59,101 nt of DNA from an uncultured bacterium (GTDB lineage Bacteria > Patescibacteriota > Minisyncoccia > Moranbacterales > GWC2-37-73). The number at the start of each line of letters is the position of its first letter. Within the stretch, counting starts at the first letter, position 1. Position numbers and translations under genes: made by a program. Under the pieces are notes generated by a model that saw only the letters and a list, made by a program, of their open reading frames with translations, did not search any database and was not told where the DNA came from. Of this stretch, positions 39,496 to 48,102 are shown piece after piece. The DNA lies in NCBI GenBank assembly GCA_903885965.1, contig CAISKQ010000057.1:1-59101 (forward strand), in the 5' to 3' direction.

Positions 39496-39653
39496 ATGGG
39501 ACTTACTCGTTTGCTTTTTTCCGGTCCACTTTCCGGCGCTTGGAGATTTCTTTGAAAAAGGTGACATCGACGCTGTGATTGTTATTTGAAGTATTAGGGG
39601 GATCGTGGTCGCCTATAAACATGGTCCTCAAAAAACAAACGTGTAAGTCCTAT
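39496..39653. mobile_element. MITE-like element B between nrdA and nrdB
   Basis: TIR GGACTTACTCGTTTG / CAAACGTGTAAGTCC. Confidence 0.6.
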
Positions 39654-39678
39654 GATATATAAAAATTCAATAAAATAT

Positions 39679-40719
39679 ATGGAAAAGATGAAAATGAATT
39701 TAATGTTTAATCCTGAGGGTAACGATGAAGTGTCGGCCAGGACGATTATTAAGGGCCGGACGACCGGGTTGTTTAATCTTAACGTTGTTAAATATTCCTG
39801 GGCAAAGTCACTTTATCAGGTGATGATTGGAAATTTTTGGGTGCCTGAAAAGGTATCAGGACTCAAGGATGATGCCAGGATGTTTCATGGAGACCTTTCG
39901 CCCGAAGAGCAGCGCGCGTATAAGGGAATTTTGTCCTTCTTGATTTTTTTGGATTCAATTCAGACTGTCAATTTGCCACATATTTCTGATTTTATTACTT
40001 CTCCTGAGGTTAATTTGATTTTAGCAATTCAGACTTATCAAGAAGCGATTCATTCTCAATCGTACGCAACGATTTTAGAGTCAGTTGTGGAGAGCAAGGA
40101 GCGCGATGAAATTTATTATTTTTGGCGTAGCGATAGTGTTTTGCTTGAGCGAAATAAATACATTGGTCAGATTTATGAGAATTTTATTCAGGACTCTTCG
40201 GATGAAAATTTTTTCCGTGCAGTCGTGGCAAATTTTTTGCTAGAATCAATTTATTTCTATAATGGTTTTGCCTTTTTTGATACACTTGTTGATAAGATGA
40301 AAATGTTGGCAACTGGAAGGGTGATTGCCTATATTCGTCGTGACGAGTTGACACACATCACAACTTTTGCGAATATTATTAGAGAAATTCATAGTGAATT
40401 TCCGCAGATTTATAGTGAAGAAATTATTAAGGAAATGATGAGCGTAGCAGTTGAGCAGGAAATCCAGTGGAGTAATCATATTCTTGGTAATCGCATTCCA
40501 GGGATGAATGGTCAAACTACCCAGCAGTATACTCAGTGGTTAGCAAACAATCGTTTGGCCATGCTAAATATTGGCCCACTTTATCCGGATGCGGTGACAA
40601 ATCCGTATAAACATCTCGATCGACTTCAGGACGCAAATGGTGACAAGAGCAATTTTTTTGAAAGCACGGTTGTCAATTATACTCAATCAAGTAGTATGAA
40701 TGGCAGTTGGGATTTCTAA
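39679..40719 (+). CDS. nrdB: Ribonucleotide reductase beta subunit
   Basis: NFWVPE, LDSIQ, EAIHSQSY (radical Tyr), ESIYFY, RDELTH, NFFE; start approximate. Confidence 0.95.
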   Translation: MEKMKMNLMFNPEGNDEVSARTIIKGRTTGLFNLNVVKYSWAKSLYQVMIGNFWVPEKVSGLKDDARMFHGDLSPEEQRAYKGILSFLIFLDSIQTVNLPHISDFITSPEVNLILAIQTYQEAIHSQSYATILESVVESKERDEIYYFWRSDSVLLERNKYIGQIYENFIQDSSDENFFRAVVANFLLESIYFYNGFAFFDTLVDKMKMLATGRVIAYIRRDELTHITTFANIIREIHSEFPQIYSEEIIKEMMSVAVEQEIQWSNHILGNRIPGMNGQTTQQYTQWLANNRLAMLNIGPLYPDAVTNPYKHLDRLQDANGDKSNFFESTVVNYTQSSSMNGSWDF

Positions 40720-40809
40720 ATTTATGGATGGGTGCTATAATGTTTAAATTAATGTTTATAGGACCTATAAGTCCTAGCCTGGTTTGTAATTTTTTAAAGA
40801 CAAAAATCA

Positions 40810-41421
40810 ATGGAAGGAAAAAAAATATTGGTCGTGCTTGTCCTTGTGGCAGCAGCAGTGACTGGCTATGTGCTCGTCCAAGACGCCAAAACAAACATGA
40901 ATAATCCTCAGCAAGATATAGGGAGGACTCAAGACAATGTTTCTTCGGATGCAAAGACACCAGCAGATGAGTCAGTAGCTAGCACAAGCTTGAATGCTGC
41001 AGACAAGGCTCCTGCTGAAAGTGCTGCACCGAAAAGTGCTGAGTCGGCGAGCGTGAATGCTATTAAATCTACTAATTCTAATGACAAAAAAATGAAACTG
41101 GAAATTAAAACAACTCAAGAAGGTACGGGCGATCGCGTAGTTAAATCGGGAGATAAAATCTCAGTTCAATATACTGGAAAACTTACAGATGGAACAGTGT
41201 TTGATGCAACATCTTTACATGGTGGAGCTCCTTTTGATTTTATTATTGGACAAGGACAAGTTATCAAAGGCTGGGATCAAGGTCTTCTGGGCATGAAAGT
41301 TGGCGAGAAACGAACAATCACAATTCCTTCAGATTTGGGATATGGCGCAACTGGCGCTGGTTCATCTATCCCACCAAATGCAACAATAATTTTCGATGTC
41401 GAGCTCGTTTCAATTAAATAA
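40810..41421 (+). CDS. Exported FKBP-type peptidyl-prolyl isomerase
   Basis: [33 protein letters not shown]; N-terminal anchor and linker. Confidence 0.95.
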   Translation: MEGKKILVVLVLVAAAVTGYVLVQDAKTNMNNPQQDIGRTQDNVSSDAKTPADESVASTSLNAADKAPAESAAPKSAESASVNAIKSTNSNDKKMKLEIKTTQEGTGDRVVKSGDKISVQYTGKLTDGTVFDATSLHGGAPFDFIIGQGQVIKGWDQGLLGMKVGEKRTITIPSDLGYGATGAGSSIPPNATIIFDVELVSIK

Positions 41422-41441
41422 TTCATTTAATTCAAAAAACT

Positions 41442-41531
41442 ATGCTTTTATCATACACACATAGATTCACAATCGGACTCAGTCCTGAGGATGATGAAGA
41501 CGATGAAGATGGTAGCGACTTCGGTTGCTAA
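41442..41531 (+). CDS. Possible 29-aa acidic peptide MLLSYTHRFTIGLSPEDDEDDEDGSDFGC
   Basis: ATG after an A-rich leader, between the FKBP stop and the terminator. Confidence 0.4.
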   Translation: MLLSYTHRFTIGLSPEDDEDDEDGSDFGC

Positions 41532-41545
41532 TAAGCCTCAAAAAT

Positions 41546-41579
41546 AAAAAAGAACTCGCCATAAGGCGAGTTCTTTTTT
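41546..41579 (+). terminator. Intrinsic terminator
   Basis: AAAAAAGAACTCGCC ATAA GGCGAGTTCTTTTTT. Confidence 0.9.
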
Positions 41580-41733
41580 ATTGAAATAAAATTTGCTAAC
41601 GGTGCGTAGAAATTTGAGGATACCCCCAGAGGGTATAGGTAAGAATCCTAATTCGCAAGTTTGTGGATTAATGCTTAACTCTTGGTTGTTGAGATTAAAA
41701 AGAAAAAATTTTTCGTAAACAGTTCTTTAAAAA

Positions 41734-43221
41734 ATGAGGTGCATTATGACAAAAAAAATAACTCGTTTATTTCTGAATCCTGATGAAATGGCATTTCGTA
41801 AATATTTTTGGCCGCAGCTAGAAAGCCAAGCTATCACTACGGTTTTTAGGCCAGGAAGTCGCCTGGAAAATGATGAGCGTGGCTATAGGGAAGGTCAAAT
41901 TGTTGTGGCTCGCGTCATTGATTCAATCGGTTCTGATTGGGCTGGAATCCCACCGGAATTCTTTAAAGAATTTTCAAAAACGATTAAAATTAAAAAAACA
42001 CAGGTTAAAAAAATCGGTGATTTAAAAAAGGGAGATTTCGATGGAGCTAGTTCTGATATTCAGGATAAAAAATCACTGAAAACTCAACTGGGGCTTATTT
42101 ATAATCTTTTTCCTGGAGATCTTACCGATGATTCAATTGTAACAATAATTTCTTTTTCCTATCTTTCTATGGCAAATCATCCAATTTCATCAAAAAAAAC
42201 AATCAAAGAGCTTGAAAATGAGGGCATTATCAAAATTGCAAAGATACCGCAAAATAATGCTATTGGTTTTATGTATGGGAAATCACACACAATCACATTT
42301 GTGGAAGATGATTATCCTGCTAAAACTCCAATAATGTGGAATGCTGTTTATGCTGCTTTTGAACTGCCTCATTCACAGGCGATGTTTGTTTCTCAAGCAA
42401 AGCATTTGCCTGAGATCTTGGACGGTCTGCGTCGAGATAGGGATTATCGAGGTGGCGGTTTCGGTGTTGGCTTCAAGGATCAGGCTGCTGCCTATCTTGA
42501 TAAGGTAGATGATATGGCTAGAAAAATTGGCGCTGTGAATGTCGTAGTGAAAAGTTCCGATGGTTTGCTTGTTGGGTACAACACTGATGGCATTGGCTAT
42601 GCAGAAAGTTTGGCTGAATTTTTTATGAAAAAAGGGCAGTACTTGGCTGGCAAAAAAGTCGTATTGATTGGTTCTGGAGGGACGGCTAATGCAATCGCTT
42701 TTGCTTTAGCACTTCGCAAGATGAATGTTGTAATTTTAAACAGAACGGTGGAAAAAGCACAGTTGCTGGCCAAGAGAATTAATGTCCACTTTGGTTTCTC
42801 TGATGATGAATCTGTAAAATTCGGAGCTGAATCAGAAATTTCTAAAGAAGTAATTGATGCAGATGTTGTTTTGAATGTTTCCACTAAGGGAGCTTGTGGA
42901 CATTTGGAAAAATATCTTCCACTTGCTTCGGCAACATTACCAGCAACAAAGGAAAACATTGCGGAAAATTATCGCCTGTCCTTGGAAGTTTTTGAAAAAA
43001 TTCCAAAGCATGCCTTGATTAGTGATGTTATCTTGAGTGATGGTGATACAGCATTTGTCGCAATTGCAAAGGAAAAGAAATTCCAAACTCTCAACGGTGT
43101 TCCTATGGTTATAAACCAGGGTGTTGAGGCGATGTGGCTTGTTCATGGTTTAGAGATGGAGGCTAGGGGAATTTCTAAGATTGATTTGTATAACGTGATG
43201 AAACAAGCTGCTGGTTTCTAA
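41734..43221 (+). CDS. ASCH-like domain fused to shikimate dehydrogenase-like protein
   Basis: C-terminal AVN, YNTDG, GSGGTA, LNRTVEKA, GVPMVINQG; N-terminal TTVFR...DDSIVTIISF resembles ASCH/PUA. Confidence 0.75.
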   Translation: MRCIMTKKITRLFLNPDEMAFRKYFWPQLESQAITTVFRPGSRLENDERGYREGQIVVARVIDSIGSDWAGIPPEFFKEFSKTIKIKKTQVKKIGDLKKGDFDGASSDIQDKKSLKTQLGLIYNLFPGDLTDDSIVTIISFSYLSMANHPISSKKTIKELENEGIIKIAKIPQNNAIGFMYGKSHTITFVEDDYPAKTPIMWNAVYAAFELPHSQAMFVSQAKHLPEILDGLRRDRDYRGGGFGVGFKDQAAAYLDKVDDMARKIGAVNVVVKSSDGLLVGYNTDGIGYAESLAEFFMKKGQYLAGKKVVLIGSGGTANAIAFALALRKMNVVILNRTVEKAQLLAKRINVHFGFSDDESVKFGAESEISKEVIDADVVLNVSTKGACGHLEKYLPLASATLPATKENIAENYRLSLEVFEKIPKHALISDVILSDGDTAFVAIAKEKKFQTLNGVPMVINQGVEAMWLVHGLEMEARGISKIDLYNVMKQAAGF

Positions 43222-43322
43222 TTTTTTTAAAAAAACAAAAAAGGGACTCTAAATGAAGAGCCCCTTTTACCTTGTATATACAAATTTTTTAATATTGAAG
43301 AAACAATAGTTTAGGGTGTAGT

Positions 43323-45467
43323 ATGCATTATATGAAGAACAATCAACGAAAATCAGGCTGGTTTTATGTCAGGCAAGCTTTAATGGGCTTTTTTGATGCG
43401 TTCGTTCTGCTATTTTTCATGTGCGCTGGAGCTTTAGCGTGGCTTTACTATTCGGCAACTCCAGCTGCAAGTGAATTGGTAACGCGTAAGATTGATCAGA
43501 CATCAACAATTTATGATAGCAGTGGCCAGCATATTTTGTATGAATTGCATGGCGAGCAAAATCGCAAAATAATTTCGCACAGTGAAATTCCTGACGTTAT
43601 TAGAAATGCAACAATAGCCACTGAAGATAGCAATTTCTATCACCATATTGGAGTTGATCCTTTGGCAGTTTTGCGTGCGTTGAAGGTAAATATTGAAAAT
43701 GACGAAATTCGCCAGGGGGGCAGCACAATAACGCAGCAACTTGCTAGGAGTGCATTTTTGACAAGAGATCAAACTATTCAGCGCAAAATTCTGGAGGCAG
43801 TTTTTGCAATTAAGATAGAGCGCAATTATTCAAAGGAGCAAATTCTTGATCAGTATTTGAACGAGGTTCCATATGGAGCAAATGCTTATGGCATCGAAAC
43901 TGCCAGTCAAACATACTTCGGAAAATCTGCCAATAATTTAACTTTGGATGAGGCTGCGTTTTTAGCGGCGCTTCCAAAAGCTCCTTCATATTATTCTCCA
44001 TACTCCACAAATCAAAATGAACTGGCGCTTAGACAAAGAGATATCCTTATTCGAATGGGCGAACTAAAGCTTGCATCTCAGACGGAAATTGACAGTGCAA
44101 TTAAAGTAAACACTTTTTTAAAAATCAAGTCGCTCTCTCAGCCGATTGCAGCGCCACATTTTGTTTTTTATGTATTAGGCCAACTGGAAGAAAAATATGG
44201 AAAAGATTTTTTGCAAACAGGCGGACTAAAAATATATACCTCACTTGATTTTGACATGCAAAAAACAGCCGAGCAGGTTGTTGTCAGTGGCGCTGCAAAA
44301 AATATCTCGCGCGGTGCGACTAATGCTGCACTGGTTGCAATTGATCCAAAAAATGGGAACATCCTTGCGATGGTTGGCAGTAAAAATTACTTTGATCAAA
44401 CAATTGATGGTCAAGTTAATGTGGCGACAAGTCCACGGCAGCCAGGCTCCTCTTTCAAACCATTTGCATATGCACATGCTTTTGAACTTGGTTATCAACC
44501 AGAGACTAAGATTCTGGATGCCCAAACTGATTTCGGGCCCGATGGCAGCGGGCATGATTATATTCCGCGAAATTATGATGGAAGATTTCATGGACTTTTG
44601 ACGATGCGCGAAACGCTTGCACAGTCTCTAAATATTCCAGCAGTTAAGACTTTATATTTGGCAAGTATTGATGGCACAATTGATCTTGCACATCGTATGG
44701 GTATTACAACCTTAAATGATCGCAGGCGTTATGGGCTATCCCTGGTGCTTGGTGGTGGAGAAGTAAAGCTTGTGGATATGACTAGCGCTTTTTCAGTATT
44801 TGCAACCGAAGGAATTAAAAATAAGGTGCAATCAGTTGAGAGGATTGTTGATCAATCAGGAAAAATCGTTCAGCAGTCAATAGTTGACTCTAAAAAAGTA
44901 TTAGATACTCAAGTTGCAAGGAAAATTAATTCTATTCTTTCAGACAATGTCGCAAGAACTCCTATATTTGGACCGAAAAGTGCCTTAATCCTTGATGATG
45001 GTAGAGCTGTGGCAGCTAAAACCGGAACAACGCAAGAATTTCGCGATGCTTGGACAATTGGATATACTCCATCGATTGTGGCTGGGGTTTGGGCTGGAAA
45101 TAATGACAATCATCCGATGAAAGATGGAGCTGATGGAGTTTTCGTGGCGGCACCAATTTGGAAAGATTTTATGCAACAAGTTTTGCTAAACAAGCCCAGG
45201 GAAAACTTTGTTGCATACGACAGTCAAGATAGCAACGTAGCTCAGGAAAATGGAATGTCTGCGGTTATCACTTATTACAAAAAAAAATCAGGTAAAAAAA
45301 TATCAGAAGAAAAGGCAAATAAAGCTGATCCATCAAGGATAGGGCAAAGGATTGAGTATATTCCTAGTATTGATGCTCAAAATAGCGCTCTTGAGAATTC
45401 ATTTAGCATTGCGATGCCATCATTATCAGATCCAATGTATGCGAGATGGGCCTCTGGACAAGAATAG
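43323..45467 (+). CDS. Class A penicillin-binding protein (PBP1A family)
   Basis: EDSNFYHH, GGSTITQQL, RKILE, SSFK, SLN, KTGT. Confidence 0.95.
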   Translation: MHYMKNNQRKSGWFYVRQALMGFFDAFVLLFFMCAGALAWLYYSATPAASELVTRKIDQTSTIYDSSGQHILYELHGEQNRKIISHSEIPDVIRNATIATEDSNFYHHIGVDPLAVLRALKVNIENDEIRQGGSTITQQLARSAFLTRDQTIQRKILEAVFAIKIERNYSKEQILDQYLNEVPYGANAYGIETASQTYFGKSANNLTLDEAAFLAALPKAPSYYSPYSTNQNELALRQRDILIRMGELKLASQTEIDSAIKVNTFLKIKSLSQPIAAPHFVFYVLGQLEEKYGKDFLQTGGLKIYTSLDFDMQKTAEQVVVSGAAKNISRGATNAALVAIDPKNGNILAMVGSKNYFDQTIDGQVNVATSPRQPGSSFKPFAYAHAFELGYQPETKILDAQTDFGPDGSGHDYIPRNYDGRFHGLLTMRETLAQSLNIPAVKTLYLASIDGTIDLAHRMGITTLNDRRRYGLSLVLGGGEVKLVDMTSAFSVFATEGIKNKVQSVERIVDQSGKIVQQSIVDSKKVLDTQVARKINSILSDNVARTPIFGPKSALILDDGRAVAAKTGTTQEFRDAWTIGYTPSIVAGVWAGNNDNHPMKDGADGVFVAAPIWKDFMQQVLLNKPRENFVAYDSQDSNVAQENGMSAVITYYKKKSGKKISEEKANKADPSRIGQRIEYIPSIDAQNSALENSFSIAMPSLSDPMYARWASGQE

Positions 45468-45518
45468 GTTATTAATAATGGATTGTCAGTCTATGTATCT
45501 TTGTGGTAGTGTTTATTA

Positions 45519-46355
45519 ATGGAAAAGAAAAAAATTGTTTTCACTATCATTGTGGGCGTTGCAGCTATAGTCGGTATTTTTTTTGGATGGAGAAAGTTTC
45601 AGCAAATAAAAATTTCTCGTCAACAGCCAGTTGTAGTGAGCCGGAACTCAATAACTAGTATTCAAGATGAGACGAGAAGCGGACAAGAACCAGTCAGCGC
45701 AACATCAGTCAATAATAGTCAGCCTACTTCGTTGGAAGACTTATCGGAAATCATTACGCAGAAAAAAAATGATGAACAGGTGGCAAATGATGCACAATCA
45801 ACAAGCAGCAAGTCATTAAATAATAGTCCGCAGAAAGTAGAATCTGTGGTATCAAGCGCGGATAGTGCTGCAGTTAAGAATGGAAATGATACGGGAAAAA
45901 TTGTACAGCGCGTGGTTTCTTGGGGATTTCAAAAATCTGCGGAGCGAAAAATCGACACCATCATCTTGCATTCATCTTATGACGCGTTGGGTAATGATCC
46001 TTTTTCTGTTTCAGGCGTGATTGCTGAATACAAACAAGCGCAGGTTTCGCCGCATTATCTGATTGCGCGCGATGGCACGATTTATCAATTGGTGTCGGAT
46101 CAAAATATCGCTTGGCATGCCGGGGTGGCCAAGATGCCAGACGGTCGCACAGACGTGAATTCATTTTCTATTGGCGTTGAAATCATCAACACGCAAACTG
46201 GAAAATTCACGAGCGCTCAATACGATTCAGTTAATCGCCTCATCGGCGATTTGAAAAATAAATATCCCATCAAAAATATTCTCGGTCATAGTGATATTGC
46301 TCCCGGGCGCAAGACTGATCCTTGGGGGATTGAGTGGAAAAAAGTACAAAAATAA
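45519..46355 (+). CDS. N-acetylmuramoyl-L-alanine amidase (Amidase_2/AmpD-like), membrane anchored
   Basis: IILH, SPHYLI, AWHAG, SIGVE, GHSDIAPGRKTDP. Confidence 0.92.
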   Translation: MEKKKIVFTIIVGVAAIVGIFFGWRKFQQIKISRQQPVVVSRNSITSIQDETRSGQEPVSATSVNNSQPTSLEDLSEIITQKKNDEQVANDAQSTSSKSLNNSPQKVESVVSSADSAAVKNGNDTGKIVQRVVSWGFQKSAERKIDTIILHSSYDALGNDPFSVSGVIAEYKQAQVSPHYLIARDGTIYQLVSDQNIAWHAGVAKMPDGRTDVNSFSIGVEIINTQTGKFTSAQYDSVNRLIGDLKNKYPIKNILGHSDIAPGRKTDPWGIEWKKVQK

Positions 46356-46421
46356 TTTTAAAATTTGATTGTTTAATAAGTTAATAATGGTAAAAAATTC
46401 CAGAATAAGAATTACTAATCT

Positions 46422-46688
46422 ATGATTTTGCAAATATCCTTAGACGGAGACAACATAAAATTATCCTTAAGAAATGGTCGTAAGTGTGTGGATGTTTTGA
46501 CGTGGAATGATGAATACACTTTGAGTGAACAGCTTTTGCCGAATATCGATAAGCTTTTGCAAAAAAATAAAATTGCCAAAAAACAAATTGAAAAAGTGAC
46601 CACCAAGATCACCAAAACTTCTGGGGTGACCAGCGCGCGCATTGTCCAAACAATTGCCAAAGCTTGGAATTTGGGAAGCAGATTCTAG
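46422..46688 (+). CDS. Miniature TsaB-like protein
   Basis: SEQLLPNIDKLL and SGVTSARI resemble the TsaB N-terminal domain; only 88 aa. Confidence 0.6.
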   Translation: MILQISLDGDNIKLSLRNGRKCVDVLTWNDEYTLSEQLLPNIDKLLQKNKIAKKQIEKVTTKITKTSGVTSARIVQTIAKAWNLGSRF

Positions 46689-46697
46689 CTGCTTGAA

Positions 46698-46838
46698 TTT
46701 TAAGCCTTATGCGCTTGCTCTCAAATTCCTAGAGCGTATTTTCTTTGCTAAGTAAGCTCTCCCTGGTCTACTTCAAGTCTTTCTCGCTAAAAAAGTCAGC
46801 TGTAAGTAATTTTTCGATCAAACGCATAAGCCTTAAAA
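46698..46838. mobile_element. MITE-like element related to element B
   Basis: TIR TAAGCCTTATGCGCTTG / CAAACGCATAAGCCTTA. Confidence 0.55.
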
Positions 46839-46944
46839 TAATTCATTGTTTTGATTTGTTTGGGTGAGTGTTGAAATTTGTGGTATACTTGCAATGTACT
46901 AGAAGATGAGCTCATTGAACAACTTTAAAATTTAAAATAAAAAA

Positions 46945-47304
46945 ATGCCAACAAAAACCAAAGTAAAAAAACCAACCAGATCAATCGCCAGCGAAAAAGC
47001 AAGTTCCACTAGAACAGGTTCCAGGGCCAGTCACAGTGATTGGAAAAATTTGGTCCAAGGATTTGTGGAAAATGTGTTTGAGCAGCTTAGTGATAATGTT
47101 TCGCAAAAAGTTCACGCTTGGATTAAGATGTTGAAGCGAAAAACCGTGGGTTCTATTTTGATAATTTTGGGTTTGATTTATTTGATTGTTGGCTTGGCGC
47201 AGTATGTGAATTCAATCTTGAGTCTGTTTTTGCCAGGATTAGGATATGCCATCATTGGAGTCTTGGTGATGCTAGTTGGTTATGTGCTGAGCAGTGACAA
47301 ATAG
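46945..47304 (+). CDS. Two-TM hypothetical membrane protein
   Basis: 119 aa, two C-terminal TMs. Confidence 0.7.
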   Translation: MPTKTKVKKPTRSIASEKASSTRTGSRASHSDWKNLVQGFVENVFEQLSDNVSQKVHAWIKMLKRKTVGSILIILGLIYLIVGLAQYVNSILSLFLPGLGYAIIGVLVMLVGYVLSSDK

Positions 47305-47464
47305 TAAAAACAGTAATTTTTGTCTAGCAAAAAAAGAATACCTACTTGCTGAGTGGGAATAAGATTTAAGTAATTTAATTAATTAATATAAATCACAAAT
47401 CTTACGCAAATTAATTCGCGAATATTCGCAAATTTGTTGGTAATTGATTTGGGACAAAATTCAC

Positions 47465-47722
47465 ATGAATAAACAACAAGTTAAAAAAGTTGCAACCAAA
47501 ACAGTGAAAAAGGCTCAAGCAACTGGAGCTGAGTTTGAAAGAGTTGCCAAAAAAGAATACGAAAAAATTAAAAAACAAATGGACGCCACCGCCAAGAAAG
47601 TTGAAGGTTTCATCAAAAAGAATCCAGAAAAAACGGCGGCAATTTCTGCTGGCATCGGCATGGCACTTGGCACAATCGCTGGCATTTTGGCTTCAGGTGG
47701 AAAGAAGAAGAAAAAGAAATAA
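47465..47722 (+). CDS. ElaB/YqjD (DUF883)-like tail-anchored protein
   Basis: Lys-rich helix, FIKKNPEKTAAISAGIG TM, basic tail. Confidence 0.7.
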   Translation: MNKQQVKKVATKTVKKAQATGAEFERVAKKEYEKIKKQMDATAKKVEGFIKKNPEKTAAISAGIGMALGTIAGILASGGKKKKKK

Positions 47723-47780
47723 CGAAACAGCTTTTAGCTTCGTTAGCTTATAGCTTTTAGGAAATATAAAAATGTTTTTG

Positions 47781-47813
47781 AAAAGGTCGGGATTTGGTTC
47801 TCGGCCTTTTTTT
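47781..47813 (+). terminator. Intrinsic terminator
   Basis: AAAAGGTCGGGA...TCTCGGCCTTTTTTT. Confidence 0.75.
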
Positions 47814-47841
47814 GTTGGATAAAAGTCGGAAAATCAATTTG

Positions 47842-47870
47842 TTGACACTTTTTCCAATCTATGTTAACTT
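47842..47870 (+). promoter_or_regulatory. rpoBC sigma70 promoter
   Basis: TTGACA-17-TAACTT with extended TG; spacing conserved in the copy at 19962. Confidence 0.75.
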
Positions 47871-48102
47871 ATTTATATATTCAAGATTTAGGATAGAACT
47901 TCCAAATTTTATGCACTGCTCAAGGGTGAAAACAGTGCACAACTTTTTGTCAAAATAAAGCCGTTAAAAGCTTTATTAGACGCATAATTCTCAAGCTCAA
48001 ACTGAGAATGACAAACATAATTAGCCAAATTAAATAGCCTTAATTTTAAACTCATTTCGGCTCTTTGTTTTTTGTTTTAATTTCAAAAAATAAAGAGAAC
48101 TG

